Assembly: GCA_016187495.1 (NCBI GenBank) | Contig: JACPJP010000007.1 | Location: 1-51,841, forward strand | Origin: Candidatus Woesearchaeota archaeon | GTDB lineage: Archaea; Nanobdellota; Nanobdellia; Woesearchaeales; GW2011-AR4 | DNA: 51,841 nucleotides | Direction: 5' to 3' | In this document: one piece after another, positions 18,968-28,635 of the stretch | How positions within the stretch are numbered: position 1 is the first letter of the stretch | How the letters are laid out: each line of letters opens with the position of its first letter | The notes under the pieces: generated by a model | What the model was told of the DNA's origin: nothing | The model's database searches: none | The model's input: only the letters and a program-made list of their open reading frames with translations | Program-made: the position numbers and the translations under genes

Positions 18968-19016
18968 TATATTAAGAATAAGAGCAGTATATATAAAATT
19001 TTGTATTATTTTTCTA

Positions 19017-20549
19017 TTATTTAACTAATTTCCCAGCTTCCTCAAATTTTAGCTCATTATTGATTAATTTCCTTATCGTTTCTTTCAACTCGTCAATTTT
19101 TATTCTTATCTGTTCAGTTGTGTCCCTATGTCTCAATGTTACTGATTCGTCTTTCAATGTGTCAAAATCTGTTGTACAACCCAAAAACGTTCCTTCCTCA
19201 TCAGCTCTCGCATAGCGCCTCCCAATTGAACCGCTACAATCATACCTGCAATTAAACTCATTTTTCAACAAATCGTAAACTTCTCTTGCTTTTTTAACAA
19301 TCTCCAGCTTATTTGAAACTAAAGGAAAAACCCCAACCTTAACCGGAGCTAATTTAGGATGTAGTTTCAAAACAACATTTTCCCTTTTTTTGTCGTATTC
19401 GTAGGCATCAAACATGAAAACCAGAAAAGACCTGTCTACCCCTAAAGAAGGCTCTGCAATGACATGCGGCACTATCTTCTTCTTTGTTTCCTCATCAAAA
19501 ATGCTCAAGTCCTTTCCTGAAAACTTCATATGCTGCTTTAAGTCAAAATCGGTTCTATTAGCAATGCCCTGCAGCTCTTTCCATCCAAAGGGAAAATTAT
19601 ATTCTAAATCCCATGTATCCAAGGCGTAATGGCTTTTTTCTTCTCTCAAATGCTGCCTCACCCTAAAATTTTCTGCCTTTGCTCCCAAGTTTGTAAACCA
19701 ATTCTGCTCTGTAGATAGCCAATATGCATGCCATTCAGAAATTAATCTTTGGTTTAACGCATCCTTTACTTCCATTTTTACGGGCTTTTTATTTTTCTGC
19801 TGCATTTCCGCGCTGTAAAAGTTAAGCTCTGTATCAATAATCTCATTAATAAAAGGGCATTTGTTTGTTTGTTCTGGATGTGCAAAATACTCTATTTCCA
19901 TCTGTTCAAACTCTCGGCTTCTAAATAAAAAATCCCTTGGGCTTATCTCATTCCTAAATGCCCTTCCAGCCTGCGCAATCCCGAAGGGCAGCTTTAGCCT
20001 TGCATTGTCCACCACAAGTTTAAAGTCTGCAAACATGAGCTGTGCAGTTTCTGGCCTTAAATAAGCAATAGGGCTTTTATCCTCTTTAGGTCCTACATTT
20101 GTCTTGAACATTAAATTAAACTGCTGCGTATCCTCAAAATCAGAACTGCACTTTGGGCATTTTAATTTATTTTTTTTGATAATGCTGTTTATTTCTTCCG
20201 CCTTATGCCCCTCAACATTAACCTGCAATTTTTCCTGAATAAAATGATCAGCTCGTATTTTTTCCTTGCACTTAGGGCAGGCAAGCATTATATCTTGAAA
20301 GCTCTCGACATGTCCCGACGCTTCCCAGACTTTTGGGTGGGTAATAATGCTGCCGTCTATTCCTACGATATCTTCCCTTGACTGCACATGGTATTTCCAC
20401 CACTCGTTCTTGATATTATTTTTTAACTCAACTCCCAAATGCCCATAGTCCCAGAAGCCTGAAAATCCCCCATAAATCTCACTATTTGGATATACAAAAC
20501 CTTTTTTCTTGCAGAATATAGCCATGTCTTCAATGGTTAATTTGGTCAT
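19017..20549 (-). CDS. glyS: glycyl-tRNA synthetase (archaeal/eukaryal alpha2 type)
   Basis: The protein is 510 aa. It has FVYPNSEIYGG...GFWDYGHLG, class II motifs (FRNEISPR, GVDR), and a C-terminal anticodon-binding domain. Confidence 0.95.
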   Translation of the reverse strand: MTKLTIEDMAIFCKKKGFVYPNSEIYGGFSGFWDYGHLGVELKNNIKNEWWKYHVQSREDIVGIDGSIITHPKVWEASGHVESFQDIMLACPKCKEKIRADHFIQEKLQVNVEGHKAEEINSIIKKNKLKCPKCSSDFEDTQQFNLMFKTNVGPKEDKSPIAYLRPETAQLMFADFKLVVDNARLKLPFGIAQAGRAFRNEISPRDFLFRSREFEQMEIEYFAHPEQTNKCPFINEIIDTELNFYSAEMQQKNKKPVKMEVKDALNQRLISEWHAYWLSTEQNWFTNLGAKAENFRVRQHLREEKSHYALDTWDLEYNFPFGWKELQGIANRTDFDLKQHMKFSGKDLSIFDEETKKKIVPHVIAEPSLGVDRSFLVFMFDAYEYDKKRENVVLKLHPKLAPVKVGVFPLVSNKLEIVKKAREVYDLLKNEFNCRYDCSGSIGRRYARADEEGTFLGCTTDFDTLKDESVTLRHRDTTEQIRIKIDELKETIRKLINNELKFEEAGKLVK

Positions 20550-20675
20550 GCTAGGGAAGAGTTATTATTTTTTTATAAAGTTTGTTGTTTTCTACATGAA
20601 ATATAAACGTGAAGACAGTTAGAAAAAAATAAGTAGAGAAGTAAGTTTATATAGCTGCAATGATATTAAACAATA

Positions 20676-21077
20676 ATGAAAGGGATAGATAATATAATAA
20701 AAAAGAATTTGGACTGGTTTGTTGTGTTCTTGATTGGATTAATTCCTATAATCGCTAATTTAGTCTTAAGGGGTTTATTATTTTGGAATCAAGCCTTAGG
20801 TTGCTTAAACATGTTAGCCAACATCACAACCTTGTATACTAGCTTATTCCTAGTCTACGTATTTCAATTTGAAGTTGATAGGCTGCCCTACCCCTATGAT
20901 GACATTCTATTGTATGTACTAAATTTTGCAGTTTTATTCATTGGGTACTATTTATTAAAAAAAATATATTTGAAACTTCCAAAATACAGAAAATTGATGA
21001 TATTTACTGGAATAATAGTATTGATTTTTGCTATTGCATGGCCTTTAAGTTTCTGCTTGACATTTTCATTCGGTTAG
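20676..21077 (+). CDS. hypothetical small membrane protein (about 4 TM)
   Basis: The ORF is 133 aa and hydrophobic. I recognised no family. Confidence 0.35.
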   Translation: MKGIDNIIKKNLDWFVVFLIGLIPIIANLVLRGLLFWNQALGCLNMLANITTLYTSLFLVYVFQFEVDRLPYPYDDILLYVLNFAVLFIGYYLLKKIYLKLPKYRKLMIFTGIIVLIFAIAWPLSFCLTFSFG

Positions 21078-21172
21078 TGCGGCTTTTGACATTTTTATCA
21101 GAAAATAAGCTAAATAATTATAGGGGGTGGAAAAAATGGATATAACTAATTTTACAAAGTTTTAAAGAATAT

Positions 21173-22639
21173 TCAACTGATACTTATCTTAACCCTCTTC
21201 TGCGGCACCAAGAAAGATATAACCACCGGAGCCAAAACAGCGACCCATCCAACCACAATAGCCCAGTCCGGATAGCCCCCATAATTCTCAACAAGTTCAG
21301 CTTTTAGCTGCAATGCAACTATTATGGATAAAGCAAGTGGTATAATATACTTTATCGCATAATCCCACCATACGCCTATTTTAATTTCAGAAACCTTATT
21401 TACATAAGCTCTTAGCCTTTCAGCTCCAAAAACCCATCCAACAGCAATGCATTCTAAAATGCCAACTGTAATTAAGGCATAGCTGTTCATAAAATGATCA
21501 ACTATATCAAGGAAATATAAACCAGAATTTGTTGCAAAAATAAGCCCCGCTAAAAAGCCCAAGATGCACACAACGAGTGCTATATATTCTCTTCTTATTT
21601 TTGTTTTCTCAACAACAACAGTATTAATAGCTTCTACAAGCGAGAAAGCGCTGTCGTAGGCAATTACAACAAGGATCAGGAAAAATATCATGCTGAAAAG
21701 GGTTGCAAAAGGCATTAAGCTTAATGCCTTCGGAAATATAACAAAAGCTAAGCTAGGCCCTGAAGCTACAACCTGGTCAATAGGAACGTTTTGCGCTGTT
21801 GACATAAAGCCCAATGTTCCAAAAACTATAAATCCTACGAATATTGAAAATAAGGTATCGGAAATCCCAACAATAATGGCATTCTTTGCAATATCATTTG
21901 TCTGCTTATTGAAGCTGGCATAAGTTATCATAACTCCAAAACCAACACTTAAAGAAAAGAATATTTGCGAAAAAGCAGCAATCCATACTTCTGTGTCAAA
22001 CAAAGCTGAGAAATTCGGCGTTAGGTAGAAAGATAATCCAGCTAAAGAGCCTTCTAAGGTTACTGACCTTATTATCAGTGCTATAAACAGGATTAAGGCA
22101 ATAGGCACAGTCCAACTAACAACTTTTGAAACGCTTTTTGTGCCTTTCCATACGCTTAGGTATATCATTATCCAGCATATAACCAATGCAATAAAAACCG
22201 CAGGCACAATATTGCCAACAACATTTATGCTGTCGCTCAATTGCAGCACATTATTGAAAAAATAGGCTTTTGCGTCACCTGACCACTGCAGCCCAATTGA
22301 GGTAAAGAAATAAATTAATGCCCACCCCATCACAACAGCATAGTAGCTTATGACAATGAAGCCAACAAACAACGCAAGCCACCCAATTCCGCTAAACTTC
22401 TTTTTTATTGAAGCTAAAGCATCTACAGCACCTTTCTGCAGTTTCTGTCCAAGCGCAAATTCAAGAATAAGCAATGGAATGCCTGCGACAACCAATGCAA
22501 TTAAGTAAGGCAGCAGGAAAGCACCTCCGCCATACTTATACGCCAAATACGGGAATCTCCAGACATTTCCAAGGCCGATTGCAGAAGTCACAGCGGCAAA
22601 CAAAAAAATTAGTCTTGTAGGCCATCTCTCTCTTGCCAT
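21173..22639 (-). CDS. sodium-dependent transporter, SNF/NSS (LeuT-like) family
   Basis: RERWPTRLIFLFAAVTSAIGLGNVWRFPYLAYKYGGGAFLLPY is the NSS TM1 signature. There are about 12 TM helices. I prefer the ATG at 22639 over the track's GTG at 22651. Confidence 0.9.
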   Translation of the reverse strand: MARERWPTRLIFLFAAVTSAIGLGNVWRFPYLAYKYGGGAFLLPYLIALVVAGIPLLILEFALGQKLQKGAVDALASIKKKFSGIGWLALFVGFIVISYYAVVMGWALIYFFTSIGLQWSGDAKAYFFNNVLQLSDSINVVGNIVPAVFIALVICWIMIYLSVWKGTKSVSKVVSWTVPIALILFIALIIRSVTLEGSLAGLSFYLTPNFSALFDTEVWIAAFSQIFFSLSVGFGVMITYASFNKQTNDIAKNAIIVGISDTLFSIFVGFIVFGTLGFMSTAQNVPIDQVVASGPSLAFVIFPKALSLMPFATLFSMIFFLILVVIAYDSAFSLVEAINTVVVEKTKIRREYIALVVCILGFLAGLIFATNSGLYFLDIVDHFMNSYALITVGILECIAVGWVFGAERLRAYVNKVSEIKIGVWWDYAIKYIIPLALSIIVALQLKAELVENYGGYPDWAIVVGWVAVLAPVVISFLVPQKRVKISIS

Positions 22640-22805
22640 AAAAAACACCAAGAATATTTTTAGGAGCAGGGTATTTAAATATTTTGAATAAAACTTTGAT
22701 AAATAATTATCATGTTGTGGTGAATTTTTATAATTTTTAGTATTATTTATTTTTAAATTTTTTTTATTCCTATTAAAATTTTGATTATTGTATTCTTTAT
22801 TATGG

Positions 22806-24034
22806 TTACTTCTGTAACCACTCCACCTCTTCCCCGCTCAAATCCAGCTCATTTGTCAATTTATTCCTAAAATCCTTGTTTTTCTTGAAAGCAACCTGCA
22901 AATAAGGCAATGTATCTTTCAAAACTTCTTTTGTAGAGCTATGCGTCCTTTCCGCAATCTTTTCCGCAATAGCCTTCTTTTTCATTGATTTCTGCTTCGC
23001 CCACCATAGCTTTAATAATTTGCCAGTAGGCTTGATAATTTGCCAGTAGGCTTGTATTGAACATAATGGCTATATTTCTCCTTTTTTGAAACCGCTATGC
23101 CTCCAGTTATCAAAGCATTAATATATACCAAGAAGCGATAATGCTGCCATCTTTTAATCCTCCTGTTGAAAACATCTGCTTTGCTTAATTTATCGTATGC
23201 TTTTGCCAAATCCTCTGCCTTAGTGTATTCTCTTGGCAAATTCTCATCCAGCCATAATAATTGCTCATCTAAATCCTCTTCAATATTATCGAAAGCAGCA
23301 ACAGCGATTTTAGGATCAGTGGTTTTAAATATCTTAAACAACGCATTTATCATTGTGTCCAGCTTGTTTCTTTCTCCAATCTCTTCCAAGCTTTTCTTTG
23401 TAAGCTCCTTTGCCTCTATTGTCAGCGTTTGTAAGTCATTAATTGCTGCCCTGGCATCGTTTCCAGCCCTCCTTGCAAGGCCTTTCAGAATTTCTTCCTC
23501 ATATTTTATATTTTCATTGTTACAAATTTTTTGCAGTATTTTAAAAATATCCAAATAATCCAATGGGACAAACTCAATCATTTCAGCGCTTCTTCTTAAT
23601 TTATTAAACTTGTAGTCCCATGGGTTTGTTGCAGTAAGAATTATCGGAAATGAGCTTTTCTCAATAAGAGCAGTTATTGCCTGCAATCCTCCCCTGTCTT
23701 TTGTTCCAGACAAGCCGTCTATTTCATCAACTAAAATTATTTTGCCTTTGGCAAACAAGCTCATCTGCCCTACAGCAGAGCCAACCATAGAATTTATCCC
23801 ATCAGCATTCCTAACATCAGATGCATTGACTTCAAGAATCTCAAGATTAAGCTCGTTTGCTAATGCATGAACACTTATTGTTTTTCCAATACCGGAAGAT
23901 CCATAGATTAACGCAGCGTTCTTTCTTTGTTTTTTGAAATTAACAACAAATTCATTTAATTTCTTTAAAGCAATATCCTGCCCTATGATATCACTTGTCT
24001 TCTTGGGCTGGTATTTTATTGTAAAGGGGTGCAT
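22806..24034 (-). pseudogene. rfcL: replication factor C large subunit, with the frame broken by a 20-bp tandem duplication
   Basis: The N-terminal ORF 24034..23012 carries the AAA+ motifs: Walker A GSSGIGKT, ILVDEIDG, and the sensor region GNDARAAINDLQ. After the duplication, the conserved C-terminus (LKLWWAKQKSMKKKAIAEKIAERTHSSTKEVLKDTLPYLQVAFKK...LSGEEVEWLQK) continues in another frame down to 22806. Confidence 0.8.
23015..23054. repeat. perfect 2 x 20-bp tandem duplication (ataatttgccagtaggcttg)
   Basis: The copies at 23015-23034 and 23035-23054 are identical and lie inside rfcL. Confidence 0.95.
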
Positions 24035-24185
24035 AGAGTAAGGGGTATTTTTGATGTATTTAAGGGTTTTGTGGAGTAAGTGGGATTTGGAAAAGAAGTA
24101 AGTTTGTAGAGTAGGTGTTGAACAAAATATTACTCGGGTCGAAATTTAAGTAGTTTTATATATATTAACTCCAATAATTACTAAT

Positions 24186-24941
24186 ATGACTTCAAAAGAA
24201 TATGTAGGAAGTTGGATTTTACTAACACTTTCGACGTCTCATAAATCTCTTGGAGTAAATCCTGCGGATATGCATTATAGGAAACCTCCAGAAATTGATG
24301 TGAGTTTAAATGATTTTCTGGATTGTTTAAATAAACTTCAGAGTAAAAATTTTGTTTCGCAATCATCTATTCTTGGAGGACACGTATGCATCACAAAAGA
24401 TGGTGAAAAGGAGTTACAAAAAAAGGTTGATGAATTGAAAAGACAGAAACAAGAAAAATATATTTCATTAATTTCTTTATCTCCTATCTATGAATTAAAA
24501 GAAAGAATTTCTACTCTGGAAAAATTTATATTTTATAGTTTTATGGGTGGATTACTCCTTTATACTTTTAATATTGGTCAAAAAGGTATGAATGACCTTT
24601 TCAAAATTGTTTGGGCTGTTATTACTATATTATTCTTTATCCCGGCGGTTAATCATTTCACAACATTTATTCTTTTTGCTAAAAGAGGAGTTAGAGAAAG
24701 AGTTTTGGAAGGCTTTTGGAATTTTGTTGATAATAATGAAAAAAGTATTTTCTATATGATGTTTATAGCTATCTTGGGGGGAGTTTCATATATACTAAAC
24801 AAAAATTTTGGATTTAAATGGGAAATAATTATCGGCACAATAATTTTAGGAATCTTAGTGGATAGTATTTGGAACCAAAAAAAATTTCAAAATAAGTTTA
24901 TCAAATTTAAGAAAAGGATGAAAAGCAAATATCCTAATTAA
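24186..24941 (+). CDS. hypothetical protein: soluble, possibly winged-helix N-terminal domain, coiled coil, then about 4 TM helices
   Basis: The ORF is 251 aa. The first roughly 85 aa are soluble, followed by KELQKKVDELKRQKQEK and then hydrophobic spans. Confidence 0.4.
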   Translation: MTSKEYVGSWILLTLSTSHKSLGVNPADMHYRKPPEIDVSLNDFLDCLNKLQSKNFVSQSSILGGHVCITKDGEKELQKKVDELKRQKQEKYISLISLSPIYELKERISTLEKFIFYSFMGGLLLYTFNIGQKGMNDLFKIVWAVITILFFIPAVNHFTTFILFAKRGVRERVLEGFWNFVDNNEKSIFYMMFIAILGGVSYILNKNFGFKWEIIIGTIILGILVDSIWNQKKFQNKFIKFKKRMKSKYPN

Positions 24942-25048
24942 ATTGTGGTCCGCGTCATACTTTCACCATCTCTAATGGATTGGTTTAGCTAACAGACACT
25001 TCTCTATATTGTTCTTCCTTGCCTCCAAAAACCAACCAAAACCTTTAT

Positions 25049-25072
25049 ATACTATAGTATCTAAATAGATAC
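25049..25072. promoter_or_regulatory. overlapping palindromes just upstream of the MNT-HEPN operon
   Basis: atactatagtat is a perfect 12-bp palindrome. gtatc-taaata-gatac is an inverted repeat ending 3 nt before the ATG at 25075. Confidence 0.3.
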
Positions 25073-25074
25073 AT

Positions 25075-25656
25075 ATGTATCGAAATAGAAACAATGAACT
25101 TGAAGTTATTTCTTTGTACAGGGCCAACTACAAAGAATCAAGATTTTATCTTAGGCAGATAAGCAAACTTGCGAAAATTCCACTTAAAACCTGCCAAACT
25201 GCGCTTATGAATCTTGAAAAAGAAAAAGTGCTTAAAAGCAAAATAGAAGGCAAAAACAAGTATTTTGCCCTCAATCTGGATAATATCAAAGCAAAATCTA
25301 ACTTATTGCAAGCGGAAATTTACAGGACAGACATATTTTTAGAGGCTTACCCTCAAATTAAAACATTCTTAAAATCCATTAATACTAATATCCCCATTAT
25401 TGTTTTTGGCAGTTTTGCCAGATTAAAAGCAGACAGGAATTCTGATTTGGATTTGCTTATAGTTGCTGGAGAAAAGCAAAAATTGCCTTACCATCTCCTG
25501 CCTTATAAAGTTCATCAGGTTAATATTTCCGAAAATTCTTTTAGCAAAGCAATTAAAGAGCAGGAAACCTTAGTAAAAGAAATAGGAGAAAACCATGTCA
25601 TTTTAAACAACCATTCTTTTTATATAAATGTAATGTGGGGATATTATGGGAAATAA
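25075..25656 (+). CDS. minimal nucleotidyltransferase (MNT) with an N-terminal winged-helix-like domain; antitoxin-type partner of HEPN
   Basis: IIVFGSFARLKADRNSDLDLLIV matches the GS-x(9-10)-DxD polymerase-beta NTase motif. The N-terminal roughly 80 aa (LRQISKLAKIPLKTCQTALMNLEKEKVLK) looks like a wHTH. Confidence 0.75.
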   Translation: MYRNRNNELEVISLYRANYKESRFYLRQISKLAKIPLKTCQTALMNLEKEKVLKSKIEGKNKYFALNLDNIKAKSNLLQAEIYRTDIFLEAYPQIKTFLKSINTNIPIIVFGSFARLKADRNSDLDLLIVAGEKQKLPYHLLPYKVHQVNISENSFSKAIKEQETLVKEIGENHVILNNHSFYINVMWGYYGK

Positions 25657-26116
25657 AAAACTAAGCTGGTGCTTTAAGTTAAAAGACGGATTGAAAGTAG
25701 TTGAGCCGAATGAAAGGCTTTCAAAATCTTATCTTGAGCAGGCAAAGTCATCTTTGTCGAGAGCTGAAAAAGACCTAAATGACAAGGATTTTCTTTGGGC
25801 AACAGTTGCAATATACTATGCAGAGTATTATGCCCTTTATTCTTTTCTTCAAAAAATAGGCGTAAAGTGTGAAAATCATGCATGTTCAATTCTTGCAGTA
25901 GCTTTTCTTTTAGGCGAAGATAAGACTAAAACAATTAATCTGCATAAAGACAAGAGAATTGACGCCCAGTATTACATTAAGGTTGACCAAGAAGCAAAGA
26001 TAAGAACAATGATTCAGGAAGCAAAAATGTTCGTGGCAGATTTTGATGAAGTCGTATCTAATTTATCTGAAGAGGATATAAAGCAATACAGGGAAAATAT
26101 TTCTGAAAATCGTTAA
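25646..26116 (+). CDS. HEPN-domain protein
   Basis: The ORF is 156 aa and all-helical (YLEQAKSSLSRAEKDLNDKDFLWATVAIYYAEYYALYSFL). It overlaps the MNT gene by 11 nt, which is the classic MNT-HEPN gene pair. Confidence 0.65.
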   Translation: MGNKKLSWCFKLKDGLKVVEPNERLSKSYLEQAKSSLSRAEKDLNDKDFLWATVAIYYAEYYALYSFLQKIGVKCENHACSILAVAFLLGEDKTKTINLHKDKRIDAQYYIKVDQEAKIRTMIQEAKMFVADFDEVVSNLSEEDIKQYRENISENR

Positions 26117-26220
26117 TCGGAATTACCTTATTTTTAGAAAAAAGAGGCGGAAAATACAGAACTCCAAGCAACCATAATTCAACAACAACCTTTAAATACA
26201 AATCTTTTTTCTATTGAATT

Positions 26221-28635
26221 ATGGAATTGCCAAAGCATTACAACCCGCAAGAATCTGAGGTTAAATGGATGCAGTACTGGGAAAAGGAAAAAATCTACAA
26301 ATTTGACCCTGAAAGCAAGGCAGAAATATACTCTGTAGACACGCCCCCACCAACTGTAAGCGGAAAAATGCATCTTGGCCATACATTCTCTTACTCGCAG
26401 CAGGATTTTGTTGTAAGGTTCCAGAGAATGCTGGGAAAAAATGTTTTCTATCCTTTTGGAACGGATGATAATGGCCTAGCTACAGAAAGAATGATAGAAA
26501 AGATGAAGAATGTAAATGGCCAGTTCATGAAAAGGAAGGAATTTGTCGAGCTATGCCTCAAAACATTAGAGGAGATAAGGCCTGATTTTGTCTATGACTG
26601 GAAAAGAATTGGGATTAGCGCTGACTTTAATATTTTCTATACGACCATTGATGCGCATTCCCAAAAAGTCTCCCAAAAATCATTCATTGATTTATACAAA
26701 ATTGGAAGAATCTACAAAAAACGCGCTCCTTTCGTATGGTGCCCTGAATGCCAGACCGCTATAGCTCAAGTTGAAATGAAAGACTCTGAAAGGGACTCCA
26801 ATTTAGTTTATATGAAATTTGACACTAGCTTGGGCAAGCAGATAACAATAGCAACAACAAGGCCGGAGCTTTTGCCAGCATGCGTAGCAATACATGTGCA
26901 TCCGGATGATAAGCGCTATAAAAAATTCATAGGGGCAAAGGCAAAAATACCTTTCTCAGACAGGGAAGTAAAAATAAACGCAAATAAAGATGTGGATATG
27001 GAATTTGGCTCTGGCGCCGTATATCATTGCACTTATGGCGACATGGATGATGTAAAATGGATAGAAGAATTCAAAATTAAGCCAATAGAAATAATAAATA
27101 AAAATGGGACATTAAATGAAAAAGCCGGAAAATTTTCAGGAATGCACGTAAAAAAGGCTAGGAAAGAAGTCATAGAATCATTGAAGGAAGAGAATAAGAT
27201 AGAAAAAATAGAGCCAATAAAACATGTTGTCAATGTGCATGAAAGGTGCGAGACTGACATTGAAATTCTAAACACAGACCAGTGGTTCATAAGATATCTT
27301 GACCTAAAGGGAGATTTCATAAAATATGGCCGAAGGATAAAATGGCGTCCTGAGCACATGAGGGCAAGATATGAAAACTGGATTGATGGGTTAAAGTGGG
27401 ACTGGAATATCTCAAGGCAAAGGCATTTTGGAGTTCCAATACCTGCATGGCACTGCAAGAAATGCAATGAGATTATAGTAGCAGATGAAATGCAGCTTCC
27501 AGTCGATCCCCTAGCTGACAAGCCAAAAGGCAAATGCAAATGCGGCTCTAACGATTTTGAGCCTGAAAAGGATGTTTTGGACACATGGGCAACTTCTTCA
27601 TTAACCCCAGACATAGCTGTTGGATTATTTAAAGACAAATCCATATTTAAAAAACTGCTGCCAATGTCATTAAGGCCTCAAGCCCATGACATAATAACTT
27701 TCTGGCTCTTTAATACTATAGTTAAAAGCTATTTCCACCATCAGAATATCCCATGGAAAGATGTGATGATTTCGGGATGGGCTTTGGACCCTCATGGAAA
27801 AAAAATGTCAAAATCAAAAGGCAATGTTGTTGACCCAAGAGAAACCCTAAAAAAATATTCTGCAGATGCTATAAGATTCTGGGCAGCTGGCTCTAAGCTT
27901 GGAGACGACCTTCCATTCCAGGAAAAAGATATTGTAACAGGAATAAAATTTACTACAAAAATCTGGAATGCGTCAAAGTTTGCATTCATGCACTTACAGG
28001 ACTACAAGCTGCAGAAGCCAAAAAAGCTCGAAACAATGGATTTATGGCTACTATCAAAATTAAGCAGGCTTATAAAAGACTCAACTGAATTTTTTAATAG
28101 TTATGAATATTCTCATACAAAGCTTGAGGTAGATAAGTTTTTCTGGCAGAATTTTTGCGACAATTACCTTGAGATTGTAAAAGACAGGATTTATAACCCT
28201 AACAAAAGGGGCAAGGAAGCAAGAGTATCAGCGCAATATACACTTTACAACTCATTGTTTGCAATAATAAAATTAATGGCCCCTATAACACCCTTCATAA
28301 CAGAAGAGCTTTACCATTCTTTCTTTAAACAACATGAGAAAATCAAAAGCGTACATCTGACAAAATGGCCAGATTTAGACATAATAAATAACAAAGCTGA
28401 AAATATTGGAGATTTTTTTGTTTATGTTTTGCAGCATGCAAGAAGGGTAAAGGCTGAAAAAAATATGTCCATGAAAGACTCCATAAAAAAAATAATTGTA
28501 AAAGGAAAAATTACAAAGGCAGATTTTGAAAGCATAAAAGACGATTTAATAGCGACTACAAAAGCCGAGGAGATTATTTTTGAGCAGTTAAACAAGGACT
28601 CTATAGCAGATTATGAGGTTGTTGTCGAGGATTAA
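26221..28635 (+). CDS. valS: valyl-tRNA synthetase
   Basis: Motifs present are PPPTVSGKMHLGH (HIGH), TTRPELLPACVAIHVHPDDKRY (editing domain), DVLDTWATSS and KMSKSKGN. The protein is 804 aa. Confidence 0.9.
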   Translation: MELPKHYNPQESEVKWMQYWEKEKIYKFDPESKAEIYSVDTPPPTVSGKMHLGHTFSYSQQDFVVRFQRMLGKNVFYPFGTDDNGLATERMIEKMKNVNGQFMKRKEFVELCLKTLEEIRPDFVYDWKRIGISADFNIFYTTIDAHSQKVSQKSFIDLYKIGRIYKKRAPFVWCPECQTAIAQVEMKDSERDSNLVYMKFDTSLGKQITIATTRPELLPACVAIHVHPDDKRYKKFIGAKAKIPFSDREVKINANKDVDMEFGSGAVYHCTYGDMDDVKWIEEFKIKPIEIINKNGTLNEKAGKFSGMHVKKARKEVIESLKEENKIEKIEPIKHVVNVHERCETDIEILNTDQWFIRYLDLKGDFIKYGRRIKWRPEHMRARYENWIDGLKWDWNISRQRHFGVPIPAWHCKKCNEIIVADEMQLPVDPLADKPKGKCKCGSNDFEPEKDVLDTWATSSLTPDIAVGLFKDKSIFKKLLPMSLRPQAHDIITFWLFNTIVKSYFHHQNIPWKDVMISGWALDPHGKKMSKSKGNVVDPRETLKKYSADAIRFWAAGSKLGDDLPFQEKDIVTGIKFTTKIWNASKFAFMHLQDYKLQKPKKLETMDLWLLSKLSRLIKDSTEFFNSYEYSHTKLEVDKFFWQNFCDNYLEIVKDRIYNPNKRGKEARVSAQYTLYNSLFAIIKLMAPITPFITEELYHSFFKQHEKIKSVHLTKWPDLDIINNKAENIGDFFVYVLQHARRVKAEKNMSMKDSIKKIIVKGKITKADFESIKDDLIATTKAEEIIFEQLNKDSIADYEVVVED

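Noticed and set aside
23012-23054. Programmed ribosomal frameshifting in rfcL.
   Set aside because: The frame change is caused by an exact 20-bp duplication, which is a +2 shift. There is no slippery heptamer or stimulatory structure of the usual kind, so a mutation or an assembly artefact is the better explanation.
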